Part shown: piece after piece, positions 9,386 through 18,890 of the stretch | Layout of the letters: every line of letters starts with the position of its first letter | How positions within the stretch are numbered: position 1 is the stretch's first letter | Program-made: the position numbers and the translations under genes | Assembly: GCA_913040915.1 (NCBI GenBank) | Contig: CAJWHW010000024.1 | Span: 1-34,122, forward strand | Direction: 5' to 3' | DNA: 34,122 nt | Origin: an uncultured Fidelibacterota bacterium | GTDB taxonomy: Bacteria > Fidelibacterota > Marinisomatia > Marinisomatales > UBA1611 | The notes under the pieces: generated by a model | Told to the model about the DNA's origin: nothing | The model's database searches: none | Seen by the model: only the letters and a program-made list of their open reading frames with translations

Positions 9386-9655
9386 GGCCGTGCACCGTCG
9401 TTTGACTATTCTGTCTCCTATTCAATATCAATCAGCCAACTCCATTTCGGAATACTGTGGGCACATAAATCTTCTAAGTTACCGCTGCTCCCTTCCGGGC
9501 CTGACGGAGTTCATCAGTGATTCATTGCAACAGATCGAAACTTCAACATTACTTAATTCATTCAAATAAGTCAGCAACAGCCTTGCGTCGGCATCAATCC
9601 TGCTATAGCGGATTGCAGGTTACAGGGCACCGCTAATTCCCCATCTAGCACGGCC
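9386..9655 (-). ncRNA. ffs: Large (Alu-domain-containing) signal recognition particle RNA
   Basis: The minus strand begins GGCCGTGCTAGATGGGGAATTAGCGGTGCCCTGTAACCTGCAATCCGCT (Alu domain), contains the helix 8 signature GTCAGGCCCGGAAGGGAGCAGC, and ends GCACGGCC pairing with the 5' end. About 270 nt, directly upstream of dnaX. Confidence 0.95.
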
Positions 9656-9723
9656 AGAAGTTAATTTTTCAAAACATTGTTGTATCTAAATTTACGTTGA
9701 AAGATTAATACTCAAATCATCAA

Positions 9724-10110
9724 TCAGTAAATGATTACAATTTTAATTTCCGCAATTTCAAACCAATCCCAAAAATTCGATTGATCCAATTTTAAAACAC
9801 CATCTTTAAAATTGAAACGCAATCTTTTCCTGTAAAGCGATTCTGTGAACCATTCAGAGTTGTCTCGCTTATAATAAATCGCAACATATGGTGGACTATC
9901 TTCTCTCAAGTCAGGAATTAATAACGTACATATTGCTTCATTAAATTCCCCTTCAGAAGTAATAAAATCTAATTTGGTAAAACTATATACCCTTTTTTTT
10001 AAAGGCGAAAATTCCTGTAAGTTTTTTAAATGTTCCTGTCCTTTAATATGGTATGCGGCCAGAAAAATATAAATCGTGATAAAAAAAAGGGGGCGATTTC
10101 TCACCCCCAA
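9724..10110 (-). CDS. Hypothetical protein, start uncertain
   Basis: 128-codon open frame with a protein-like C-terminal ~90 aa. The only canonical starts (TTG 10110, GTG 10104) lie at or inside the upstream terminator. Confidence 0.5.
   Translation of the reverse strand: MGVRNRPLFFITIYIFLAAYHIKGQEHLKNLQEFSPLKKRVYSFTKLDFITSEGEFNEAICTLLIPDLREDSPPYVAIYYKRDNSEWFTESLYRKRLRFNFKDGVLKLDQSNFWDWFEIAEIKIVIIY
10081..10108 (-). terminator. Rho-independent terminator of the 147-aa acidic protein gene
   Basis: Minus strand GGGGGTGA-GAAA-TCGCCCCC followed by T8, about 10 nt after the stop at 10119. Confidence 0.9.
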
Positions 10111-10118
10111 ATTTGCGT

Positions 10119-10562
10119 TTACTTTTTCTTTCGCCCAAAGAATCCTTTTTTCTTCTTTGGCTTTTCATCTTCATCTTTCGACTCATCTTGTCCACCATCC
10201 TCTGATATGCCTTCAATCCTTTTTTCATATTCACTCATTTCTACAGAAGAGGCTGGTTCTGTCTCATCACCTCTATCATCTCCACCATCGTCCGAAGCAG
10301 CATCAGGATTATCCCAAATTTCTTTCAATTTTGCATGGCGTTTTTCTGAATTTTCTTTCAGACTTGTTAACATTTCATTTACTTCATCATGAAAATCAGC
10401 TATAGTTTGCTCCAATCGATGGATCAATTCTTCCTGGAGCGGTCCCCCGAAGCCTTCTCCCACTTGTTCCATTAGACCACCAAATTGGTCCATTAAATAT
10501 TGCTTTTGTGGATCTACTTCCGGAGTAGTTTGGTCTCCAGTTGCATCAGGTTGTTGTGCCAT
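10119..10562 (-). CDS. Hypothetical acidic coiled-coil/disordered protein with basic C-terminal tail
   Basis: Strong SD GGAGGA, a following terminator, D/E-rich sequence, ends KPKKKKGFFGRKKK. Confidence 0.85.
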   Translation of the reverse strand: MAQQPDATGDQTTPEVDPQKQYLMDQFGGLMEQVGEGFGGPLQEELIHRLEQTIADFHDEVNEMLTSLKENSEKRHAKLKEIWDNPDAASDDGGDDRGDETEPASSVEMSEYEKRIEGISEDGGQDESKDEDEKPKKKKGFFGRKKK

Positions 10563-10576
10563 TATTCCTCCATGGA

Positions 10577-11410
10577 TTATTTAAAATTTGTTCTTTCATA
10601 TTCAGCTTCTGACAAAATAATTGTCTCTGAAGGTGTCAACAATGTACTCACAGCATCAAACAATTCGCTACTAAAAATCAAACCCATTACAATTCCAAAT
10701 AATTGGGTATAACGATTCAAATCATTACGTGGTACACCGTATTCATTATAAATAGTTGACCGTTGTGAATTATATAGTTGAGCCAATGCAAATCCGGTGG
10801 TACCAGTCAATCCATATAAGTATGGTCTTAAATACTCGTAATCTTTAATCTCAGAACGATAGGATAAGTGATCTAGATCACTTAAATGAACTTTCTCAAT
10901 TGTAGTCGGTGTCTGAATATGCAGAATATTCTCATTTACAAGAAATAAAGATCCCTTCAATACTTTTTGACCCGAATGCTTTAGGATTACAAATTGTGGC
11001 TTTGGAATTTCATTTATAATTTTTTCAACTCTTAAGAAATCGAGTCCTTCGTACATGGCAATTTTTGCTTCTTCTGTGAATTCAGGCTGAGAATCAACAT
11101 GTGCTTTCAATTTATCAAAACCTTCCTGGCTGATAAATCTTTTTACAGTTTTCTGTTTGGCTCTTATTTCCTTAACTATCACCACACGGTAATTTTCTTC
11201 GTTGATACGAAGAATTTGAGCATTTACAAATCCTTTTTCTTTCGGGAAGATTCTGTAAAAACGATTTTCATGTTCATCTATTTCCGTACCTACCTTACCA
11301 CTCAAAATCATAACCTCAGTCTCTGGTATGCCTGAAATTGCTCTTGGGATGCTACAAAATATGAACAATAGAATTAATGTGTTTGATTTGAACATTGAAC
11401 GAAGCGTCAA
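10577..11410 (-). CDS. Hypothetical exported/membrane protein
   Basis: Signal-peptide-like N-terminus and two C-terminal hydrophobic segments. Overlaps the upstream stop by 4 nt. Confidence 0.8.
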   Translation of the reverse strand: MTLRSMFKSNTLILLFIFCSIPRAISGIPETEVMILSGKVGTEIDEHENRFYRIFPKEKGFVNAQILRINEENYRVVIVKEIRAKQKTVKRFISQEGFDKLKAHVDSQPEFTEEAKIAMYEGLDFLRVEKIINEIPKPQFVILKHSGQKVLKGSLFLVNENILHIQTPTTIEKVHLSDLDHLSYRSEIKDYEYLRPYLYGLTGTTGFALAQLYNSQRSTIYNEYGVPRNDLNRYTQLFGIVMGLIFSSELFDAVSTLLTPSETIILSEAEYERTNFK

Positions 11411-13674
11411 AAATTAAATGATGTCTCGACAGTAGTCTGCTTTACAGGTTCCAATTTACCAGTACCATCATCACGATAAAATTGACGAAAATCCCAAATT
11501 AAACTAACACCCTTACTCATCTCATATCCGACCCTGTACCCCATGATGGTATTTTCACTCGGGTTTTCAAAATCAAATGGGTTGGCGTCATTATTCCGTT
11601 GATAGTAAGCCATTGCGGAGCTGACCTTGGGAATATTATCAGCGTTTAAATTTACAAATGCATTAAAACTTTGTATCGTATCTGAATCAGCAACCATATT
11701 TGCGAAAGACGCAGTAAAAGAAGCCAGATCAAATAAGTTCAATGATGCAGAACCAAAGATACCGGAGGATTTAAAATCATTACTATTTTCATCAAAAGTA
11801 AACATATCTTTTGTCAAAATTAAAGTTGAGTCACCAATTGTATTTGTAACAACTCGAGTTAAGTCATATGATTGATCAAAGAAATTTGGTACGAAAGAAC
11901 CATTTACTATCCTGTATTCAAACGAAATATTCAGAATATTAAAAAGGCTCAATTTTAGACCTGGAATAGTAATACCTGTCCCGCTACGATCTATACGATT
12001 AAATGTAGAATCCTTGGTTACTGCTTCGGGAAAACTCAAGCGATTAAATTCAGAATATAAATCCATGCTCAGTGTTTTGCTCTTTAATATTGGATACCCA
12101 ATATCAAATGAAAAACCTGTGGCGACTGCCTTATTATCTTCTAAACTAAATGGAGTAGCTTTTAGAATAATTGATGTATCAGGATAATCTCCAAAATCAT
12201 ATAGATTATCACCATCTGAATCAATATCCCATCTAGAAGAGTCCAACCCAATATGTGGATCCGGAATACCATCCCCATCCGTATCATTCCATAAATTAGT
12301 ACTATCTGGAAAATCATCGAATATATCTGGATAGCTATCATCATCAGCATCATTTAATCCTGAAAACATATTTGCGTCTGTCACAAAATTTACACCAATG
12401 GTTAATGGAAAACCTTCTGATACAATATAGGAGGCCCTAACACCAGTTAATGTACCACCTCGCGAAAAGTCCTTCATATTAGCAAAGAAAAGTTCACCAC
12501 CAACAGGACCAATATTAAAACCAGTATTTAATCCAATCCGCCTAACAGATGGAAATTCCATCATATTAGAATAATTATTTAATAACCCTCCATAACCCAA
12601 AGTCATACCTTCAATACTACCATATTTAGCCCACAATGGATCAGATTTCTGCCCATATTTTATAAAAAGGATTTTATCTAGTATTCTTGAAGGATCGTTG
12701 GCGACATCCCAATCTTCCGTGCGAATATTCCCTTCAAAATCCATATATAAAACCAAATCCAAACCAATACCAAATTTTCCTATATTTACCTCAGGACGTA
12801 GCGAAAGCTGGTTATATAAAACACCATCCAAGGTGACTGAACCAACGCCCATTCCCATAGAGAAAGGTTTCGCTGGTGAAGAAGCACCGCTTTCTTCGGG
12901 AACATCAGGTGTTTCTTCAATACTTTCAGTTTCAGGTGTTTCCCGTTCATCCGCTTCTTTCGAAGTCTCTGATTGCTGTGGCGTTTCTTGCGCTTCGGGT
13001 TGATCCGGCACTTCAGTTGTTTCAGGAACCTTTTGTTGCTCCGGCTGTTTGGTTTCAATTTCTTGTGGTTCAGGCTCTTCATATGGTTCTACTTCTGGAT
13101 CTGTAGGATATTCACTGGGTGATGCGGGTGCTTGAATCAAATTTCCGGTCGCATTACTGATTGCCTTCTCTCCTGGGCCGACAGAAACTGTTTGCCCACT
13201 GATCATATTCAATACTTCAAATAGGCCCTCCTTGCCAACAAATTGATCCACTCCAGCCTGACTTACGATAGCTGCAAATTGTGTTCCTTTTACACTTGCC
13301 ACTGATACAGGGGTTTGGATTCGAAAAGACTTTGTCCTTCCTTCCGTTTTTACATCATTCAATAATGTTCCATGTGCTAGATCAACCGTTCTAGTGTTTC
13401 GTGTATCCATAAATCCAAATTTGGTATTCTCACGTAATTTCAGGATAGTTCTATCATCAAGGTACATGATTGCACCGAAACCTTCTTCTCCAACTTTTAT
13501 TTTATCTCCATTAAGAATTGGTGAACCTAATTTCGCTTTTTCCGAAAAGGAATTTTTACCGAATCTTTGCAAGGTAACGTCACCTTCCACTTTAATAACA
13601 CGGGCAATTACATCGGCCTGTAGTTCCAATAAAAGGGAAAATAATATAAAAAATAATGAAAATGCTTTTGACAT
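11407..13674 (-). CDS. FecR-domain protein fused through an acidic linker to a probable outer-membrane beta-barrel with Ca-binding DxDxDG repeats
   Basis: Signal peptide; FecR-like GDKIKVG...ILKLRENT...IQTPVSVASVKGTQF; P/E/Q/T-rich linker; amphipathic beta strands; DTDGDGIPD-type repeats; C-terminal Phe (TSFNF). Confidence 0.75.
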   Translation of the reverse strand: MSKAFSLFFILFSLLLELQADVIARVIKVEGDVTLQRFGKNSFSEKAKLGSPILNGDKIKVGEEGFGAIMYLDDRTILKLRENTKFGFMDTRNTRTVDLAHGTLLNDVKTEGRTKSFRIQTPVSVASVKGTQFAAIVSQAGVDQFVGKEGLFEVLNMISGQTVSVGPGEKAISNATGNLIQAPASPSEYPTDPEVEPYEEPEPQEIETKQPEQQKVPETTEVPDQPEAQETPQQSETSKEADERETPETESIEETPDVPEESGASSPAKPFSMGMGVGSVTLDGVLYNQLSLRPEVNIGKFGIGLDLVLYMDFEGNIRTEDWDVANDPSRILDKILFIKYGQKSDPLWAKYGSIEGMTLGYGGLLNNYSNMMEFPSVRRIGLNTGFNIGPVGGELFFANMKDFSRGGTLTGVRASYIVSEGFPLTIGVNFVTDANMFSGLNDADDDSYPDIFDDFPDSTNLWNDTDGDGIPDPHIGLDSSRWDIDSDGDNLYDFGDYPDTSIILKATPFSLEDNKAVATGFSFDIGYPILKSKTLSMDLYSEFNRLSFPEAVTKDSTFNRIDRSGTGITIPGLKLSLFNILNISFEYRIVNGSFVPNFFDQSYDLTRVVTNTIGDSTLILTKDMFTFDENSNDFKSSGIFGSASLNLFDLASFTASFANMVADSDTIQSFNAFVNLNADNIPKVSSAMAYYQRNNDANPFDFENPSENTIMGYRVGYEMSKGVSLIWDFRQFYRDDGTGKLEPVKQTTVETSFNF

Positions 13675-13705
13675 ATTGATGGACTCAAGTTTTATTCAAT
13701 GAAAA

Positions 13706-16468
13706 TTACTTTTTTAAGGCATTGTAGACCAATGATTCAATCGATGAAAATTTAATTCCTGTTTGCTCAGATAATCCCAGTTCACATGTTCTGCTTGATG
13801 ATACACCTTTTGAAACCGATGCATTTGAGATACTTTTACTAATGGCATTTTTTGGAAGATCCGGCACTCGAAAAATTCTATCACCACCAGTTCCACAGCA
13901 AAAATGTTCGGTGGGAGTTTCAATAGATGAAGAACATTTTTGGACTAAATCAAATAATGCATTTTCAGAATCCATTTTCTGAGAAGAACATACAGAATGG
14001 ACAAAAACAGGTTCTTCAGATTTTTCTATTATTAGCTTATCACTGATATCCTTTAGAAATTGTATTGAATCAAGAATTGTAAGATGTGAGTGAAGGTCAT
14101 TTAAAAATTGCGTGCAGGGTGACATATCAAATATGATAGGAATTTTACCATCATTTGATAAAAGTCTCAATTCTTCTCGTAATTTGTTTGCCATCTCTTT
14201 GCCAACATTCTTATAGCCTCTGGATTCAAAGGCCATACCACAACAATGATTATTAAATGATTCCAGGATTTGAATATTGATACCAACTTTTTGTGTAATT
14301 TGCAATAAATAGTCACTTGAACTCATACCCGAATCATCAGATGCAATAACACGTCCGACACAGGTAGGGAATAAAATATAGTCTGGATTGGAATTGATTT
14401 GACTTTTCTTATTTTTACCAGAGTTTAAAATATCATTTTTAGCAGGAATAACACCTACTTTTGGCCAAATTGGAAATAAAGTACTTACGTTATGATTTAA
14501 CCATTTTGTAACCGCATTCAGATAATACGGATTAAATATTAGAATTTTTAAGTTTAAAATTCTAATTCCAAAATGAAATAAACGAACGGCTAACCAGAAA
14601 TTTGAAGCAAAAAATTTCACCCAGTGACTTTCTTTATTACTATTTCCACGAATATCCTTCACCATTTTACCTGTATTTATATTTACGGGACAATCTATCT
14701 CACATAAACCATCCGTAGCACATGTATCAGAAACATAGTAATTAAATTTTTTCAAATCATTTTTTTGAATTGGATTTATATTATTTTCTCGCATTATTGC
14801 AATACGTTGTCTAGGGGTAAAAGTAAAACCGCGACTTGGACAAATTCGTTCACAAAAACCACATTCAATACATTTATCCACTTCATCATGAACCTGGGGC
14901 ATTGGTTTAAGATCTTTCATATGAATTTTTTCATCCCGATTTAATAACACATCCGGATTCAAAATATGGTTCGGATCAACTAGATTTTTTACACGCCACA
15001 TAATTTCGTATAATGGACCTCCCCACTCAGCTTCAACAAAACCTGCCATATTTCGACCAGTGCCATGCTCTGCTTTTAAAGACCCATTGAATTTGCCAAG
15101 TGTCATTTCAGCAAGATCATCCATTAATCCTTCGTAATTTTTCACACCAGTCGCATCATCAAGGTCTACAGAAGCAATAAAATGGAGATTCCCATCTTTT
15201 GCGTGACCAAATATCACCCCATCCATAAAGTTTCGTTTTTTAAAAATTGATTTCAAATCCCGAATTGCTTCCGCTAGATTTTCTGGATCTACTGCAATAT
15301 CTTCTGTAATAATACTGGTGCCAGATTGTCTCAATGACCCAACTGTAGGATACAAACCTTTACGAATTTTCCAAATCGTTTCTCTTTCTTTTTGATCTGT
15401 AACAAGTTTCATCGATACCACAGATGAATCTTTTTCTGTATATAGCTTCGATTCTTGAATCAAACGTTCAACCTCATCTAAAGAATTATCTTGAAATTCA
15501 ACTAAGAGCCCAGTCAAATCATCTGGTATTTGGTTTGGATCGTAAGGTGGATTTTTAAAATGCTTCGCAGTACGAAGTGATTGATCATCCAGTAACTCAA
15601 TGGCTACTGATCCTAAATCCCTGAAAAATGGGACAGACTCACCACCTCGTTCAGGTGAGTTAAAAAGAATTAATCCTGTACCTTTTTGTGGCGGATCAGG
15701 AATTGTATTCAGTATAACAGATGAAATAAATGCCAATGTTCCTTCAGCGCCAACTAATAAATGTGAAAAAATATCTAAGGGGTCAGTATAATCCAAAAAT
15801 GAATTAAGAGAATATCCTATTGTGTTTTTTATTCGATACTTATTACGGATTTTTTCCACCCATTTTGGTTTGGATTCAATCTCTTTTTTGATCTCAATTA
15901 ATCCTTCTGCAAGATCTGGCTCTAAATATCTAAATTGTTCTCTAGCTGTATTCTGACTTGTATCATAATGGTTCCCATTAACAAGAATAAAAGTTATATC
16001 CTTAAGCGTATGGTAGGAATTGTACTCTGTCCCACAAGCCATTCCGGATGAATTATTTGATACAATTCCTCCAATTCGTGCCGTATTGATTGAAGCCGGA
16101 TCCGGTCCTATTTTTCTATGATATGGGCTCAACATCTGATTAGCAACAGCTCCATTGACACCTGGCTGGCACCAAATAGAGTTTCCGTTATCAACTATTT
16201 TGAATTTCTGCCAATCGTAAAGTACTTCAGCTATGATGCCAGTGGTAATGGATTGCCCAGATAATGAAGACCCGGCAGTGCGAAAAGTAACAGGTGTATT
16301 TGTTTCATTTCCAAATTTTAGAAGGCTTTTGACATCTGTTACATTTTTGGGTTTGGTAACAGCTTTCGGAACGAGACGATACATACTTGCATCCCGGGCA
16401 TAAACCAACCGAGTAACTAAATCATCATGAATAATTGATTGCGGTAGATAGCTTGCAAGAGATTTCAT
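13706..16468 (-). CDS. FAD-binding and (Fe-S)-binding oxidoreductase, Dld-II-type D-lactate dehydrogenase family
   Basis: DASMYRLVP, FR.AGSSLSGQ, IGPDPAS, FGHAKDGNLHF, LKAEHGTGRNMA, CIECGFCERICP, CATDGLCEIDCP, and CCG domains. Confidence 0.9.
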   Translation of the reverse strand: MKSLASYLPQSIIHDDLVTRLVYARDASMYRLVPKAVTKPKNVTDVKSLLKFGNETNTPVTFRTAGSSLSGQSITTGIIAEVLYDWQKFKIVDNGNSIWCQPGVNGAVANQMLSPYHRKIGPDPASINTARIGGIVSNNSSGMACGTEYNSYHTLKDITFILVNGNHYDTSQNTAREQFRYLEPDLAEGLIEIKKEIESKPKWVEKIRNKYRIKNTIGYSLNSFLDYTDPLDIFSHLLVGAEGTLAFISSVILNTIPDPPQKGTGLILFNSPERGGESVPFFRDLGSVAIELLDDQSLRTAKHFKNPPYDPNQIPDDLTGLLVEFQDNSLDEVERLIQESKLYTEKDSSVVSMKLVTDQKERETIWKIRKGLYPTVGSLRQSGTSIITEDIAVDPENLAEAIRDLKSIFKKRNFMDGVIFGHAKDGNLHFIASVDLDDATGVKNYEGLMDDLAEMTLGKFNGSLKAEHGTGRNMAGFVEAEWGGPLYEIMWRVKNLVDPNHILNPDVLLNRDEKIHMKDLKPMPQVHDEVDKCIECGFCERICPSRGFTFTPRQRIAIMRENNINPIQKNDLKKFNYYVSDTCATDGLCEIDCPVNINTGKMVKDIRGNSNKESHWVKFFASNFWLAVRLFHFGIRILNLKILIFNPYYLNAVTKWLNHNVSTLFPIWPKVGVIPAKNDILNSGKNKKSQINSNPDYILFPTCVGRVIASDDSGMSSSDYLLQITQKVGINIQILESFNNHCCGMAFESRGYKNVGKEMANKLREELRLLSNDGKIPIIFDMSPCTQFLNDLHSHLTILDSIQFLKDISDKLIIEKSEEPVFVHSVCSSQKMDSENALFDLVQKCSSSIETPTEHFCCGTGGDRIFRVPDLPKNAISKSISNASVSKGVSSSRTCELGLSEQTGIKFSSIESLVYNALKK

Positions 16469-16896
16469 TCAAACGGACGTAGGTTTTCACGGATCTCATC
16501 AGGGACAGGAACAGTTTTATTCAATTTATAATTAAAGGCAATCAATTTGAATAATGCATTACATACAGGTTTATCACCCTGAAAAACTGCTGCAAGAAAA
16601 TCAAAACTTTTTGTTCCAACTCGGCAAATTCTATGACCAATATCTAATCTTGAAGGATGCGTAACTTGAGCTAAATAATGAACACTCATAGAACCCAATA
16701 TTGTACTTTTATCCATTTCTTTTCGAATTGCTGAAAATCCAAGCTGGATATATACATCTACTCTGGCAGATTCCATATAGCTTAAATAGGTAGCATGATT
16801 CAGATGCCCCAGCGCATCCATATCTCGCCAACGCGTATTAATAGAAGTCCAAAAATCAAAATCTTTTCGCTGTAAATTCTTCATGTCCATGATCAA
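16465..16896 (-). CDS. Acyl-CoA thioesterase (4HBT/FadM hot-dog family)
   Basis: RWRDMDALGHLNHATYLSYMESAR motif. Confidence 0.9.
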   Translation of the reverse strand: MIMDMKNLQRKDFDFWTSINTRWRDMDALGHLNHATYLSYMESARVDVYIQLGFSAIRKEMDKSTILGSMSVHYLAQVTHPSRLDIGHRICRVGTKSFDFLAAVFQGDKPVCNALFKLIAFNYKLNKTVPVPDEIRENLRPFE

Positions 16897-16908
16897 ACTT
16901 AAAAAGAC

Positions 16909-17276
16909 GTGATCTTAACAAACACAAAAAGATTAACCTTTGGCAGATATTCTGAATATGATTTAGAATACCTTTTTGAATTAAATGGTGATTCAGATGT
17001 CATGAAATATATTACCCTCGGTAGACCAATGACGATTGAAGAAGTGAAAAATAAGTCAATCCCAAAAATAATGAAGGCCTATACACATGGTCCTGATTTT
17101 GGGATTTTTCCAGCATTTTTAATTAATGATAATCAATATATCGGTTCCTTTCAATTTGAACCGGACTATGAAATTAAAAATTTCATTGAAATTGGATGGC
17201 GCTTAAAAAAGAGTTTTGGGCAAAAAATAAACCACATTCTGGTTTACCTGATGTACTATATGAATTAAATCCGTAA
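16909..17276 (+). pseudogene. RimJ/RimL-type GNAT acetyltransferase, frameshifted and internally deleted
   Basis: L.TKRL, D.DVMKYI and EIGWRL are present. The expected KEFW follows only in the -1 frame at 17211, and the G.GYATE acetyl-CoA motif is missing in both frames. Confidence 0.65.
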
Positions 17277-17358
17277 CAATTATGTGTCTCTATGCTTTAA
17301 AAAAACTACCTATTACAAAGCATGACCCATCTATAATAATTGTTGTAGATTTGGATCA

Positions 17359-18303
17359 ATGAAACGAGTTTTTTACATCACTTCAATGATGGCTGCTCTA
17401 GTAATTGCCCAGCCAAAAGAAACAATTGAATTTCAGCTGAATACTATATCAGGTATTGTATTAAATAAAAAAGATCAGACCCCAATTCCAGATTTAAAAG
17501 TTGAAATTTTAAGTGGTAATAATCTATTGAAAGATTCTACCTTCACAGATGATGATGGAAATTTTATGATTGAAGAAGTAGGATATGTATGGAAACCAAA
17601 AATACGTTTTTTTTCTCGTGATTTTGAAAGCATAACCCACAAATTAAATCCGAAACAATTAGACAAAAATAATAATATCGCCATACGCCAACTTGTATCC
17701 CCTATACCCAATAATAAAAAAATTCCTTCCTTGACTCAGAATGCAATTGAATTAAGGGCAGAAACATTTTTTATTCGTGGCAATGTCTTTTATTATTTAT
17801 CTATTGTGAATAATCGTTATTTTGCAGAACGAATAATTATTCGTTCAAAACAGGTCCATGATAAAGGGGATGGTTTTATTGATATTGTAGTAAATGGTAT
17901 AACATACGATCCTGCACGGTGCTATGTCCCACAAATTGGTAAATATGAAAATTTGGCCCATATTATTGATGATTATTTCCCATCACCTATTTTTGCACGT
18001 TCTGGTCTTCCCCTCCATTTACCAAAAGATCTATTGGAACCATCTACAATCTATGGAGCAGTTAAGGATGCAATTACTGGAAAAGCTGTCCCTGGTGTTG
18101 AAGTAAGACTTGCAGGTTCTTCAAAGAGAAGAATAACTGATCAGAAGGGTAAATTTGCTTTTCAGGTTAATGAAGCCGGGACATATAGAATTATGGTCAA
18201 CCCACCTCTTGGATATACCAAGAATGAATCCGGCATTTCACAGATTATGGTAAAATCCAGCCGTGGAGGCTGGTATTTATCAAACCATTTTGTAAGCCGT
18301 TGA
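17359..18303 (+). CDS. Exported protein with two carboxypeptidase-regulatory-like (transthyretin-fold) domains
   Basis: Signal peptide; [16 protein letters not shown]...TDDDGNF and [19 protein letters not shown]...TDQKGKFAF repeats. Confidence 0.75.
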   Translation: MKRVFYITSMMAALVIAQPKETIEFQLNTISGIVLNKKDQTPIPDLKVEILSGNNLLKDSTFTDDDGNFMIEEVGYVWKPKIRFFSRDFESITHKLNPKQLDKNNNIAIRQLVSPIPNNKKIPSLTQNAIELRAETFFIRGNVFYYLSIVNNRYFAERIIIRSKQVHDKGDGFIDIVVNGITYDPARCYVPQIGKYENLAHIIDDYFPSPIFARSGLPLHLPKDLLEPSTIYGAVKDAITGKAVPGVEVRLAGSSKRRITDQKGKFAFQVNEAGTYRIMVNPPLGYTKNESGISQIMVKSSRGGWYLSNHFVSR

Positions 18304-18890
18304 AATTATTTTATCAATTTTTATTATTTTATTCTTCTTTACTTTTTTCTCAACAAGACATGAATCAAAACGAAATTACAACTTTAGGAGGTGGATGCTT
18401 CTGGTGCGTAGAAGCGGTTTATCAACGCATTAACGGCGTAAGCGATGTAAAGCCGGGTTATGCTGGAGGGCATACAAAAAACCCTACCTATAAAGAAATA
18501 TGCACCGGTAAAACTGGACATGCTGAGGTTGCACAAATTGAATTCGATCCTAGAATAATTTCCTTTACTCAAATCTTAAATATTTTTTGGCAGGCCCATG
18601 ATCCCACTACACTGAATAGGCAAGGCAATGACGTAGGCACTCAGTACCGTTCTGTAATTTTTTATCATTCAGAAAACCAGAAAAAGATCGCCCTTGAATC
18701 AAAAAAAGAAGCTGATCGGTCTAATTATTGGCCTGGCCCTATTGTTACAGAAATCACTGAAATTAATAATTATTATGATGCTGAGGATTATCATAATAAT
18801 TATTATGACAACAATCCAAACCAACCTTATTGTTTATTTGTTATCAAACCTAAATTAGACAAATTAGAAAAAAACGGAATTATTGATTAA
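18300..18890 (+). CDS. msrA: Peptide-methionine (S)-S-oxide reductase MsrA
   Basis: [46 protein letters not shown]. Confidence 0.98.
   Translation: MKLFYQFLLFYSSLLFSQQDMNQNEITTLGGGCFWCVEAVYQRINGVSDVKPGYAGGHTKNPTYKEICTGKTGHAEVAQIEFDPRIISFTQILNIFWQAHDPTTLNRQGNDVGTQYRSVIFYHSENQKKIALESKKEADRSNYWPGPIVTEITEINNYYDAEDYHNNYYDNNPNQPYCLFVIKPKLDKLEKNGIID

Noticed and set aside
10030..10712. Overlapping ORFs 10030-10392, 10043-10234, 10076-10405 and 10500-10712
   Set aside because: They are shadows of the 147-aa gene, which alone has a strong SD and a terminator.
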